From the NCBI GenBank assembly GCA_002269645.1, contig NIVC01003116.1:54500-118499 (forward strand): a DNA stretch of 64,000 bases, read 5' to 3'. A model generated the notes under the pieces. The model was not told where the DNA came from, made no database searches, and saw nothing but the letters and a program-made list of their open reading frames with translations. The position numbers were made by a program, and so were the translations under genes. This document shows, one piece after another, positions 31,501 to 44,300 of this stretch (positions are counted from its first letter, which is position 1; every line of letters begins with the position of its first letter). Source of the stretch: Macrostomum lignano (Eukaryota).

Positions 31501-32453
31501 CCTAAATATGTCATCATAGATCTATAATAAATATGTCAAAATGTCAAATATTTATTGGTCTTTATATTAGATTTGTGAGCTAGCTATTATTCATTATTTT
31601 GCCACTAATAAGTAATAAATTATAATAATCACAGAAAAACTGAGTATCAGCTTAGATATTATAATTTATTATTTAACTGATAATTAATAATTTATTTGAG
31701 CTCTATTGTGCTAGAACTGTGTTTTTTATTATAAATAATATAAAGCATAGCTAAAGATTACATTTATTGGCTTTTTTAATTTAAAACACTGTGCTTTAAG
31801 ATAAAAATATGATGCATATTGCATAAGATAATAAATTAGCTACCAGGTAAAACATACTGCCACTGGCACTGCATAATAAATAGGCCTAACTTATATAATT
31901 TTAAAATAAAACTGACTATCTTTCACTTTAGTATATTAATTATCAATAAGTACTTTTGAGTTTTAACTATACAATATTCTGGAATCTGCCAGGGCCAGTC
32001 TCGCTGCAACACTGAGTGATAATTTTCTCTCCAACTTGCAGGCTTTAAGCTTATCCCTCCATCTGCAGCTAGGCTCAACTCAGCTGTTTTCTACCAGCAG
32101 GTGCTTTGCTGACCCTTGTACCAACGTCTATTTAATAACAATGATAATAATAATACAATATTAAGTTATAAACCTTTATTAAATGGGCCACTGTGTTGTG
32201 TTTATGTGCTGCTTAGGGATTGTATAAAATAATTAAATAAAATTTAATCGAGTACTTACTTGATAGAGATATCATAACAATCATTGTCTGTGAGGCATCG
32301 CGTATTACATATTGGTTTGTTCTTGTATCCCTGTAGAAATTTAACACTTACACAGAAAAGCAAGGAAAAGAAAACCGTTCCTAGAATAACCTCTAATATG
32401 TGAACTAAATGCAATGGGACAGCTACTACAGACGGTATAATAGTCAAAGCCAT
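28564..32453 (-). CDS. TLC-domain membrane protein (TLCD3/FAM57-like), paralog B, 279 aa
   Basis: Exons 32453-32260, 29749-29660, 29561-29366, 29195-29100, 28827-28564; total 840 nt, GT-AG, phases 2,2,0,0. Motifs LGTVFFSLLF..DCYDISIK|VATF, FWLLNAW..GYYLYD, LMMLHH, GKGDFIVACFFLMDFSVPFIQ, LYLWNG..FFLSRI. Same intron positions as paralog A, including a shared 96-nt exon. Confidence 0.9.
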
Positions 32454-32869
32454 GACGATGACAGTGATAGATGAACTGCAAAATCATAAAGAGAAAGTAG
32501 GAAATAATAGCTATTAAAGACTTATTTTACTTATTCCTCTAGTCGTCTAACCGACTGACTCTAGTCAACCGTCAGAAAATGAGAATTGCTGGCGCTGTTT
32601 CGTTTGACAAAAAGGGCAAAAAAAAGGAAGGGGGGCGATAAATTAAGTTAAATATATTGTAAATTAAAGAATGTGAACTCTTTGTAATAGCGCGTCAAAA
32701 GAAGCTAAGAAGTCATAGTTACGAAACAAAAATATATATAGTTATACGTTATACCCGAAATTTTCCTGTTTAGCCGACTAAAAATGGAATTTATAAATTC
32801 TATCACGTTTGAATTTGTTATACATTTTGGAATACACAGTACTAATTCAACTCATTTAGAACTGCGCTC

Positions 32870-34070
32870 ATCCAAGGCCAGCCAGGTTGAGCGGGTTGCA
32901 CTGCTTTCGTCCGGTCAGAGCATTGATGGTGGACCAGGCCACGCGACATTTGGCGTCGGGTCCAGCGGCGGGCGGTGACGGCCTGCTGGATGGCGTCGTC
33001 AACAGCAGCGGCCTGAATTGCCGCTGCAGGTACACGTAGACAGCTACCAGATCCTCCTCTACCTCGCGAGTTGGCCACCTACCCAGATGGAGCCTCTCCG
33101 CTCTTCCTTCGCTTACCGAATCGCAGGGTCGTCCTGCCTGCAGATCGGTTGCATCAGCGGGATCCTGCCTTACTCCGCCGCGGCTTTAACCGCAGCTCAC
33201 TTACCTCCATGTACTCGGTGTGCGCCCGCACCTGTCGACAAGCGCACTGACGTAGGCATTAGCGAAATGGCGATGGGCCTGGGCCAACATGTACGGACCT
33301 ACATGTACGCAAAACCTTGTTCAGGTCTCCGAGGACGACCACTGTGTCACACGCTGCGCCGTCTCCTCCACCTGTGCCGTCTCCTCCATCTGCGCCAAGA
33401 GCTGCTCGAAGAAAACTTGAGCCTGGTCAGGTCGGGTGGCAGGAGGCGCGTACGCGCAGAACAGGCAAAAAAGCGTTACGGCCGCGAAGCCAGACGTCGA
33501 CCCGAAGCAGCCGATCAGACATGGAGATGCAGCAACAGCTCTGCTGCAGCCTCGGTCCGATCAGCGCTCCAACTCCTGCACGGCCTCGTTGGTCCGCCGA
33601 CGTGTAACAGAGGGTCCAACCGGCGCTCAGGTCCTCACAATGAATTCCCGGGTCGGCCCTGATGGCCACCTCATGCAACGAGATGACGTCGCATCTGAGG
33701 TCGGGCGCTAGCTGCGCCAGCAGCCCTTTCCACCAGGTGGCCTTTAGAGTGCAGCAGTTCAGCTTCCCGACCCGAAGCGTGGCCCTGTGGTACGGCTGTG
33801 TGGCTCAATGACAATAAGCCTCACGGTCTACGGTGCTACCCGGAAGATCCGATTGGCCAAAGATGGCAGCAGCTCGACGGGCGGAACCTCGTTGCCGATC
33901 TCGCCGGTTTCCTTCACGCCGCCGTTCAACTCGCCGGCACTCGCTTCCCTGCCCTCGCTTGGTCTTTCCGCTGTTGGCCGCCGCAGCAGTTAAGCATAAC
34001 TCTCCGATTACACCACTGGGAGGTCGCGGCGAATATCTGCACCGAGGTGCAAATCTAATATAAGTCTGCA
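32870..34070 (-). mobile_element. Degenerate non-LTR retrotransposon (LINE) fragment: AP endonuclease plus part of the linker
   Basis: Minus strand: LRVGKLNCCTL..CDVISLHEVAIRADPG, GRAGVGALIG, SDRLLRVD, LFCAYAP, VVVLGDLN (APE motifs), then AWSTINALTGRK. Frameshifted and internally deleted; no RT domain. Clade not assigned; left and right limits approximate. Confidence 0.82.
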
Positions 34071-34616
34071 AATATAAAAAGTCACAAATAAGTTACTATA
34101 GCTTCACCCAACACTCCGCCAGAATGATTTGGGTTTCCGCTTTGAACTGCTCGGCCAACTGCATCAGAGTCAAACACAAATACGAGCGTAGGCCTAACTG
34201 TTTCCGGGCCTGTAGTAGTGACAGAATATTTTCACTGCGTGTAATTAAGTGCATAACAGCAAGTATACATTAAACAGTCAAAAACCCACTGTCTAAACAC
34301 TACTATGCCCAACTGTTATCCAAGCTATACCAAAGTAGCCCAAAAGTTGCACTGGGCCGCTTATAATGCATTGATCTACTGTTTTACGAAGTCAAACATT
34401 CAATTTGCTCTCATTCGCACGGGCGTTCGATCTATTTGCTTTCCATTATCTATGAAAGAGAAAAGTTCTATATTTTTTCGAACAAATTTCCGTCTCCCTG
34501 CTGAGGGGATAAAAGCCAGAACTATATAGCTGTGAGCTGAGCCCGCGGCCATCACTCCAGCAGCGCAATTGTCTGATGTTCCGCTTGAATTACCCTAAAA
34601 AAACCAGAATTCAACA

Positions 34617-35564
34617 ATGCTTAACGGCATGCCACAGAACTTGCTGCCGATCACGATGACTCTGTCAACTGTTGGCGTCCTGCTGAACTGCCTGCTGCTG
34701 CTGTTCGCCCTACGTCACCGGATCGCCTCTCGCTCTGCCACGCTGCTAGTCCGAAGTCAGGCGGCCATCGACGCGCTCGTACTGGCTAGCAGCGTTGCCT
34801 TCGTTCAAATAAAATTGATTCCTAAACCAAGCGATGCAACGTACCTCCATGTCCATACTGGCTGGTACTTGTACTGCATCTTCGGTGATAGAAGTCAAAT
34901 CATAGCTTGGATGCTGGTAGATTGCAGCGTTTTCAACCTCGTGGCGTTCTCTATCGAACGGTGCTTGTGCATCTGCTGCAACTTCTGGTGGCGACTGCAC
35001 AAGAAGGCGGCAATGAGGATTTTATTTGCGGGAATCTTTCTCGGCACGTTTGTCGGCTACGTCCCCCTGGCGCTGGTTACCAACTGGCCGCACGAGGTTT
35101 TGAATGGGAATCAATCCTCAGTCGGCTGTCTAACTAACGGTAATCAGAACTTTGAACAACTATTCTCAACACTTGGCGTATTGTGCTCAGTGGTAACTGG
35201 GCTGGTCCCGATGCTGAGCATGCTGATTTGCTATGCGGCTATCATGGTCAGACTGCGCAGATCGTCAACGGTTTCATCATCAGCGTCGATTAGCAACTCG
35301 GATGCCGCATCGAAACGGTTCACCATCATTGTTGGCGTCACTGTTGCCGTCTTTATTGTGTTCAACTTTCCCGGCATTGTGTACTATTTGCTTTGGAATC
35401 TGTCCATCGTCACGGATGACTTGATACCTGCAGACATATCAAGCCTGGCTTTTCCGCTGCTCTCTGCAGCGAACTCATTGGTAAATCCGTTAATTTACTT
35501 GGCGTTTCATCGAAAATTCCTCAAGTTTCTGTTTTGCCGAATCAAGAAAGCTGAGAGGACATGA
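34617..35564 (+). CDS. Intronless class A (rhodopsin-like) orphan GPCR, 315 aa
   Basis: Seven hydrophobic segments; TM1 GVLLN, TM2 AAID, TM3 FSIERC (D/ERY variant), ECL2 Cys, TM6 FIVFNFP, TM7 NSLVNPLIY. Confidence 0.93.
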   Translation: MLNGMPQNLLPITMTLSTVGVLLNCLLLLFALRHRIASRSATLLVRSQAAIDALVLASSVAFVQIKLIPKPSDATYLHVHTGWYLYCIFGDRSQIIAWMLVDCSVFNLVAFSIERCLCICCNFWWRLHKKAAMRILFAGIFLGTFVGYVPLALVTNWPHEVLNGNQSSVGCLTNGNQNFEQLFSTLGVLCSVVTGLVPMLSMLICYAAIMVRLRRSSTVSSSASISNSDAASKRFTIIVGVTVAVFIVFNFPGIVYYLLWNLSIVTDDLIPADISSLAFPLLSAANSLVNPLIYLAFHRKFLKFLFCRIKKAERT

Positions 35565-36619
35565 TTGCACTTTGGTAAAGGCAAATAACAAAAGTTTTGA
35601 CCGCAATATTGATCATTTTAGCGCAACCCTTAAGGTGATAAACACACTGCTCTTTGGACTCTTTGCTGAAATTACGCTTGTAAATGTATCTGCTTGATTA
35701 ATAAACATACTCGGTTATTCTATCACAAAAACATCATGATGTTTAAACCTTCGAATCCTGATAAGAGCAGTATACCGGTTTTAAGATGCCAATCGTCATT
35801 TGTAAATGAGTCGGCATCAGAGTAGGGCCATTAGTTTTTTGCGTAATACAAGTTTTGCTTATAGTAAATATTAAAATACTAAAATTTTGAGCAATAATGG
35901 ATTGCATGTTGACAGTTAGAAAAGTCTATTATTGCATTTGGCGATGTTAACTGATTGTTTGGCTACTAAAAACTACTAAAAGTACTAAAAATTGCTTGTT
36001 ATTGATTTTTTTAACCAACCATTCGCCACACAATTGAAGCTTTCTAATTCTCTGTTTGGCGTACAGTCAAACAGAACAGTCACAACGTACCTAGATTGTC
36101 GACTAACAAATGCTGTTTTGAAGGATGCAACTTAGGAACAGCTGCTTCTAAAAGCAAAATGACGAATTGCCGACGTCCCAAATTTAGCAAATTTCCCATG
36201 TGGGCTCTTCTAAGGCACAGCGGGACTCGCATCAGGGATGGTGATGATGTCTAGACAGAATTTCACCCGTTCCCGTCCGACAGTTTACACTCGTCTTTAC
36301 TGGTACAAGCAATTTATTATATTTCTGCATAAATTCGACATTTTGCGCGCCTTCACCGAGCAGATCAAAGTTGAAAGATAACTCAAATTCTCGAAATTTG
36401 ACCATATAATACCCATATTATAAAGTGCATGTACCTACACGGTCTCATTCTGGTTGCACTTAAGTGACACTGCCGCACTTGACATTGCACGATCTTTTTT
36501 CTCGCCAAAGGAACTCGCAGATTTACGCGTGGAAAATCCAGTAACTCGATGCAATGGTCACCCATTTTGGCATCCATGAAGGTTAAATCTAAATGTCAAG
36601 GCTGATGGGGTATCGCTTA

Positions 36620-37110
36620 AATGCTGTGACTTATGGAGGGAATTGCTGAAACGTCAAGGCTCATGAGGGGAATTGCTGGGATTTAAAGGCTCATACGGGG
36701 AATTGCTAGGATTTCAAGGCTCATGAGGGGAATTGCTAGGATTTCAAGGTTCGAGGGGAACTGCTAGGATGTCAAGATTCATGAAGGGAATTGCTGGGAT
36801 TTCAAGGCTCACGAGGGAAATTGCTGGAATTTCAAGGCTCATGAAGGGAATTGCTAGGATTTCAAGGCTCATGAGGGGGATTGCTAGGATTTCAAGGCTT
36901 ATGAGGGGAATTGCTGGGATGTCAAGACTCATGAGGATAATTGCTGGGATGTCAAGACTCATGAGGGGAATTGCTGGGATTTCAAGGTTCATGAGGGGAA
37001 TTGCTGGGATGTCAAGACTCATGAGGGGAATTGCTGGGATTTCAAGGTTCATGAGGGGAATTGCTGGGATGTCAAGACTCATGAAGGGAATTGCTGAAAT
37101 GCTGTGGCTC
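36620..37110. repeat. 30-bp minisatellite
   Basis: Unit GGAATTGCTGGGATTTCAAGGCTCATGAGG. Confidence 0.93.
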
Positions 37111-37829
37111 ATGGGCGGTTGCTAAAATACTTTGAGAGATACTGATATCTTAGGCTAGATAGCTGGCTTTCATGGCCCGTTGCTTTTTTGCTTTCAACAT
37201 CAGTTGTCTTAAGATTTTAACAACAAGCTAGGACTGTACAAGGTCAAAACCAACATGAGCATGGATCAATGTTCGATCGCCATGACTACAGAGTACTCTA
37301 TGAGTCAACAGTTTTTTTAGCAATAAACTGTAAAGAAGTGACTCAGCTTTGCTTAGTAAAAAGGGAACTAGTCATGCCTGTTGATGTAGTATGCAGTACT
37401 GACTGACTCTTAATGGTTAACCTTGTTAAGGACATGGCACACTTTATTTAGCGACTCAGCCCCTGTCCTGCACTTCAGTCTAATTAATGGCCTAAGCACT
37501 GGGTCATCATCATCTACGATTTGCGCCTCTGTGGGTTTTTTTACAGCATCTCTCCTTATAAGTATATATAGACTGACTCAATCACAAGCGGGGGGCAGCA
37601 GGTGCCGTAACGCCTTTATGGGAGATCTGCTAATAAGCTTCACATTGCATCATTCCTACTCTAATTAAGATCCTTAGGCTGTTTTATTTCGAGTAAAATC
37701 GCGTTATTTGCGCTTGCACTAATTCTATGCCTAAAATTTTGACCTAGCATGTTAGATCTGCCAACTGAAGATAGGACTGAGATCTTTTAGCCACTGTCTC
37801 AATCTACCATGTTGATCTACCATATAGAT

Positions 37830-39245
37830 CTACTCGTACCATCTAATCTGCCATCTAGATCTGCCATCTAGATCTACCATCTAGATCTACCATCTAGATC
37901 TGCCATCTAGATCTGTCATCTAGATCTGCCATCGAGATCTACCATCTAGATCTGCCATCCAGATCTACCATTAAATCTGCCATCTAGATCTGCCATCGAG
38001 ATCTGTCATCTAGATCTGCCATCTAGATCTGCCATCTAGATCTGCCATCTAGATCTGCCATCTAGATCTGTCATCTAGATCTACCATCTAGATCTGCCAT
38101 CTAGATCTGTCATCTAGATCTACCATCTAGATCTGCCATCTAGATCTGCCATCTAGATCTGCCATCTAGATCTGCCATCTAGATCTACCATCTAGATCTG
38201 CCATCTAGATCTGCCATCCAGATCTACCATTAAATCTGCCATCTAGATCTGTCATCTAGATCTACCATCTAGATCTACCATCTAGATCTGCCATCTAGAT
38301 CTGTCATCTAGATCTGCCATCTAGATCTGTCATCTAGATCTACCATCTAGATCTGCCATCTAGATCTGTCATCTAGATCTACCATTAAATCTGCCATCTA
38401 GATCTACCATCTAGATCTGCCATCTAGATCTACCATCGAGATCTACCATCTATATCTACCATCTATATCTACCATCTAGATCTACCATCTAGATCTGCCA
38501 TCTAGATCTACCGTCTAGATCTACCATCTAGATCTGCCATCCAGATCTACCATTAAATCTGCCATCTAGATCTGCCATCTAGATCTACCATCGAGATTTA
38601 CCATCTAGATCTGCCATCTAGATCTGTCATCTAGATCTACCATCTAGATCTACCATCTAGATCTGCCATCCAGATCTACCATTAAATCTGCCATCTAGAT
38701 CTACCATCTAGATCTGTCAACTAGATCTGCCATCTAGATCTACCATCTAGATCTACCATCTAGATCTGTCATCTAGATCTACCATCTAGATCTACCATCT
38801 AGATCTGCCATCCAGATCTACCAATAAATCTACCATCTAGATCTGCCATCTAGATCTACCATCTAGATCTGCCATCTAGATCTGTCAACTAGATCTGCCA
38901 TCTAGATCTGCCATCTAGATCTGCCATCTAGATCTACCATCTAAATCTACCATCTAGATCTGCCATCTAGATCTACCGTCTAGATCTACCATCTAGATCT
39001 GTCAACTAGATCTGCCATCTAGATCTGCCATCTAGATCTGCCATCTAGATCTACCATCTAGATCTACCATCTAGATCTGCCATCTAGATCTGCCATCTAG
39101 ATCTACCGTCTAGATCTACCATCTAGATCTGTCAACTAGATCTGCCATCTAGATCTGCCATCTAGATCTGCCATCTAGATCTACCATCTAGATCTACCAT
39201 CTAGATCTGCCATCTAGATCTGCCATCTAGATCTACCGTCGAGAC
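37830..39245. repeat. 13-bp palindrome-containing minisatellite, ~108 copies
   Basis: Unit CATCTAGATCT(G/A)C containing the palindrome ATCTAGAT. Confidence 0.97.
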
Positions 39246-39801
39246 TTACTATTCATATCTTATATAACTCCAGTACGCACTCATAGTCATATTTATATCA
39301 TTACATGTACTTTATTGTCAGTATGCAGCCCTCTGCTCAATACACCAAAATGTATTAACTTAAAGCTGTCTAGTCAATCTACTTTCCACTTGGTAGATTG
39401 ACTCTCATTGATAAAATAAATATCCCTAGACAGTCAACCAACCCGAAACCAGAACGAAATCCTAACTGCTAACTCTAATCTGTCAAGGCGTTCGTGCGCT
39501 ATACACAATTCTCTAATAATCTTTATTTACAACTCCCGTGTCCTCAGTTAACCTTCGTTTCAATGCCAAGACTAGGCAAGCTTTAGCTTCAGGATATACT
39601 ATATATTATATTGCTCCAGCCAGTTCATTCTAGGAAACCCCGGGTCACGGCTTGGCGCAGCGGGGGGGGTTGGGTTCTGAAAAAGAGTAAGAAAAGAACA
39701 TAAAAATCAAGAAATTTGAGAGCTACCGTAGATTAGCAAAGTAATTTTAATTAGGACTATTTTCCATACAGGGACATAATCAATATTTCTTATTAGATGG
39801 T

Positions 39802-41716
39802 TTTAGCACCAAGGGGCTTTAGCACCAAGGGGCTTTAGCACCAAGGGGCTTTAGCACCAAGGGGCTTTAGCACCAAGGGGCTTTAGCACCAAGGGGCTTT
39901 AGCACCAAGGGGCTTTAGCACCAAGGGGCTTTAGCACCAAGGGGGCTTTAGCACCAAGGGGGCTTTAGCACCAAGGGGCTTTAGCACCAAGGGGCTTTAG
40001 CACCAAGGGGCTTTAGCACCAAGGGGCGCCAGCACCAAGGGGCTTTAGCACCAAGGGGCTTTAGCACCAAGGGGCTTTAGCACCAAGGGGCTTTAGCACC
40101 AAGGGGCTTTAGCACCAAGGGCTTTAGCACCAAGGGGCTTTAGCACCAAGGGGCTTTAGCACCAAGGGGCTTTAGCACCAAGGGGCTTTAGCACCAAGGG
40201 GCTTTAGCACCAAGGGGCTTTAGCACCAAGGGGCTTTAGCACCAAGGGGCTTTAGCACCAAGGGGCTTTAGCACCAAGGGGCTTTAGCACCAAGGGGCTT
40301 TAGCACCAAGGGGCTTTAGCACCAAGGGGCTTTAGCACCAAGGGGCTTTAGCACCAAGGGGCTTTAGCACCAAGGGCTTTAGCACCAAGGGGCTTTAGCA
40401 CCAAGGGGCTTTAGCACCAAGGGGCTTTAGCACCAAGGGGCTTTAGCACCAAGGGGCTTTAGCACCAAGGGGCTTTAGCACCAAGGGGCTTTAGCACCAA
40501 GGGGCTTTAGCACCAAGGGGCTTTAGCACCAAGGGGCTTTAGCACCAAGGGGCTTTAGCACCAAGGGGCTTTAGCACCAAGGGGCTTTAGCACCAAGGGG
40601 CTTTAGCACCAAGGGGCTTTAGCACCAAGGGGCTTTAGCACCAAGGGGCTTTAGCACCAAGGGGCTTTAGCACCAAGGGGCTTTAGCACCAAGGGCTTTA
40701 GCACCAAGGGGCTTTAGCACCAAGGGGCTTTAGCACCAAGGGGCTTTAGCACCAAGGGCTTAAGCACCAAGGGGCTTTAGCACCAAGGGGCTTTAGCACC
40801 AAGGGGCTTTAGCACCAAGGGGCTTAAGCACCAAGGGGCTTTAGCACCAAGGGGCTTAAGCACCAAGGGGCTTAAGCACCAAGGGGCTTAAGCACCAAGG
40901 GGCTTAAGCACCAAGGGGCTTTAGCACCAAGGGGCTTTAGCACCAAGGGGCTTTAGCACCAAGGGGCTTTAGCACCAAGGGGCTTTAGCACCAAGGGGCT
41001 TTAGCACCAAGGGGCTTTAGCACCAAGGGGCTTTAGCACCAAGGGGCTTTAGCACCAAGGGGCTTTAGCACCAAGGGGCTTTAGCACCAAGGGGCTTTAG
41101 CACCAAGGGGCTTTAGCACCAAGGGGCTTTAGCACCAAGGGGCTTTAGCACCAAGGGGCTTTAGCACCAAGGGGCTTTAGCACCAAGGGGCTTTAGCACC
41201 AAGGGGCTTTAGCACCAAGGGGCGCCAACACCAAGGGGCTTTAGCACCAAGGGGCTTTAGCACCAAGGGGCTTTAGCACCAAGGGGCTTTAGCACCAAGG
41301 GGCTTTAGCACCAAGGGGCTTTAGCACCAAGGGGCGCCAGCACCAAGGGGCTTTAGCACCAAGGGGCTTTAGCACCAAGGGGCTTTAGCACCAAGGGGCT
41401 TTAGCACCAAGGGGCTTTAGCACCAAGGGGCTTTAGCACCAAGGGGCTTTAGCACCAAGGGGCTTTAGCACCAAGGGGCTTTAGCACCAAGGGGCTTTAG
41501 CACCAAGGGGCTTTAGCACCAAGGGGCTTTAGCACCAAGGGGCTTTAGCACCAAGGGGCTTTAGCACCAAGGGGCTTTAGCACCAAGGGGCTTTAGCACC
41601 AAGGGGCTTTAGCACCAAGGGGCTTTAGCACCAAGGGGCTTTAGCACCAAGGGGCTTTAGCACCAAGGGGCTTTAGCACCAAGGGGCTTTAGCACCAAGG
41701 GGCGCCAGCACCAAGG
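39802..41716 (+). repeat. 16-bp satellite (GGGGCTTTAGCACCAA)n, ~120 copies
   Basis: Highly homogeneous, with occasional GGGGCGCCAGCACCAA and GGGGCTTAAGCACCAA variants. Confidence 0.98.
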
Positions 41717-42249
41717 GTCGCCAGCCCATGGGAGGAGGGCGCGGCCCCTTTGTGCCCCCTCTGTTTACTCCTCTGTTTCTGAAGATGGTAGACTAAAAAG
41801 CCTATCTCAATACGAATAATCTGCACTAGATAGCAGCATTCAGCAAGTCAGTAAAAGCCTTAATGCGAGGCAGCTGGTTCTGTGCATCGGCAAATAAGAT
41901 ATGGATTTCTTGGACTTAAACACAAACAATTGATGAGCTGGAAACGCCTCCCCCCACATGATGGGATGTGGTTTATTTGATAAAGTTTTCATATTGACAC
42001 ATTGTAATAAAACACACAAAATACTGTTTGACCTTGAATTTTCTGTCCAACAGAATCCTGAATATGATGTCTTACAATTATAATATTCACTATTCTAAAG
42101 TAGTTGGTCTTTAGTGTCTAACATTGGGAGTATTATGTCGAACTCTTATCTTACTTAGGAACACAGTATTTAACTGTGAGGAACGTGGAATGTAACATTT
42201 TAAGAGAATATTATATTGTATATTACTAGTATCCCCACTGTATATATTA

Positions 42250-43030
42250 CAGTGGGGAATATTGGCATCTAACAGTGGCGGGATATGGTGTCTAACAGTG
42301 TGGAATATATGGTGTCTAACAGTGGGGAATATATGGTGTCTAACAGTGGGGAATATATGGTGTCTAACAGTAGGGAATATTGGTGTCTAACAGCAGGGAA
42401 TATTGGTGTCTAACAGTGGGGAATATATGGTGTCTAACAGTAGGGAATATTGGTGTCTAACAGTGGGGAATATATGGTGTCTAACAGTGGGGAATATATG
42501 GTGTCTAACAGTGGGGAATATATGGTGTCTAACAGTGGGGAATATATGGTGTCTAACAGTGGGGAATATATGGTGTCTAACAGTAGGGAATATTGGTGTC
42601 TAACAGCAGGGAATATTGGTGTCTAACAGTAGGGAATGATTGGTGTCTAACAGCAGGGAATATTGGTGTCTAACAGTGGGGAATATATGGTGTCTAACAG
42701 TGGGGAATATATGGTGTCTAACAGTGGGGAATATATGGTGTCTAACAGTGGGGAATATATGGTGTCTAACAGTGGGGAATATATGGTGTCTAACAGTGGG
42801 GAATATATGGTGTCTAACAGTGGGGAATATATGGTGTCTAACAGTAGGGAATATTGGTGTCTAACAGTAGGGAATATTGGTGTCTAACAGTGGGGAATAT
42901 ATGGTGTCTAACAGTAGGGAATATTGGTGTCTAACAGTGGGGAATATATGGTGTCTAACAGTGGGGAATAAATGGTGTCTAACAGTGGGGAATATATGGT
43001 GTCTAACAGTGGGGAATAAACGGTGTCAGG
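42250..43030. repeat. 24-bp minisatellite
   Basis: Unit GTGTCTAACAGTGGGGAATATATG, with a 23-bp variant. Confidence 0.95.
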
Positions 43031-43494
43031 AACCGTTGCGGTCAACCAAATAGGAATATTTCTGTCTGATATGGTAAACCCGAATGCAGTCTTTACCTGT
43101 GACGAGACTCTTATCTCCCATCAGGCCTCTACGGAAACAGTCACAGCCTACTGAGTAACTCAATGGACAACGTCAATTCCTTGTGAATCGTTATCAGCTG
43201 GAGTGTAGAAAAACAAAACTAGCAATATGTGTTTTTTCCAGCTTTTAAGGAAAAGAAGGCGTGCGAGAAAGAAGCTTTTGGGAATCTTGACACAAAAAAT
43301 ATTCGCCAAAGGCTAAAAATAGAATCAGCTAAAAATAGACACTCATAGGAACGAAGTTTAAGCCAAGGCTAGGGAAATGTGAAGATGTATGTAGTTATTA
43401 TGCCATGAAGACGCTCAACTTTGCCTCGGCCCATAAACTAGTCCTGAACCCTTCATGGCCATAGAAAAGTGAAACAAACGTGAAACAAACAGGG

Positions 43495-43930
43495 AATTCC
43501 ACCTGGGCCGGCCATAGACTACTCAATCAAGTTGTCCTTGGTTCTTATTTGACCTGGTGCAATAAAACTCTTAACACGAGCTAAAAACGTTTTTGTAGTC
43601 TATGACCAGGCCCAGAAAGGAAATAAACGGATTATCTGTCACACCCAGAGAATATTGAGTAAACATAGAATCCCAACGTAGCCTTAAAAAAATTAAAGCC
43701 GATTTTCGCGTTCCGCCGGGATTTTTGGCTTCGGACCATAGACTAAAAATATATAAAAATTAGGTTCTCTGAGGTAGAAATATATATGCAATCAATTATT
43801 CAAGTTTACTTGTACGAGTATATTTATCACATTTATCATATTTATCAAAACAGTTTATTCTATGGTCCAAAGCCAAACTCCCGGCGGACAGCGAAAATCG
43901 GCTTCACTTTTTAAAGCTAAGTTGGCATTA
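43495..43930. mobile_element. Two adjacent foldback (MITE-like) elements sharing a CCATAGAC arm motif
   Basis: CTGGGCCGGCCATAGACTAC (~43503) / GTAGTCTATGACCAGGCCCAG (~43596); and ~70-bp imperfect inverted arms at ~43675-43743 and ~43858-43925. Confidence 0.55.
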
Positions 43931-43974
43931 TACGCATTCAGCAAAATCGAGTAGAGAGGAGAGAAGAAAGATGA

Positions 43975-44300
43975 TAGGAGAGATGAAATAGGAGAGATGA
44001 GAGAGGAGAGATGAGAGAGGAGAGATGAGAGAGGAGAGATGAGAGAGGAGAGATGAGAGAGGAGAGATGAGAGAGGAGAGATGAGAGAGGAGAGATGAGA
44101 GAGGAGAGATGAGAGAGGAGAGATGAGAGAGGAGAGATGAGAGATAAGAGATGAGAGATGAGAGAGGAGAGATGAGAGAGGAGAGAGGAGAGAGGAGAGA
44201 TGAGAGATGAACCAGGAGAGATGAGAGATGAGAGAGGAGAGATGAGAGAGGAGAGATGAGAGATAAGAGATGAGAGATGAGAGAGGAGGGATGAAACAGG
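43975..44300. repeat. 12-bp purine-rich repeat (GAGATGAGAGAG)n
   Basis: Read directly. Confidence 0.93.

Noticed and set aside
36383-36590. Exon-like 64-aa ORF with a GT donor
   Set aside because: No recognisable domain and no compatible neighbouring exons found.
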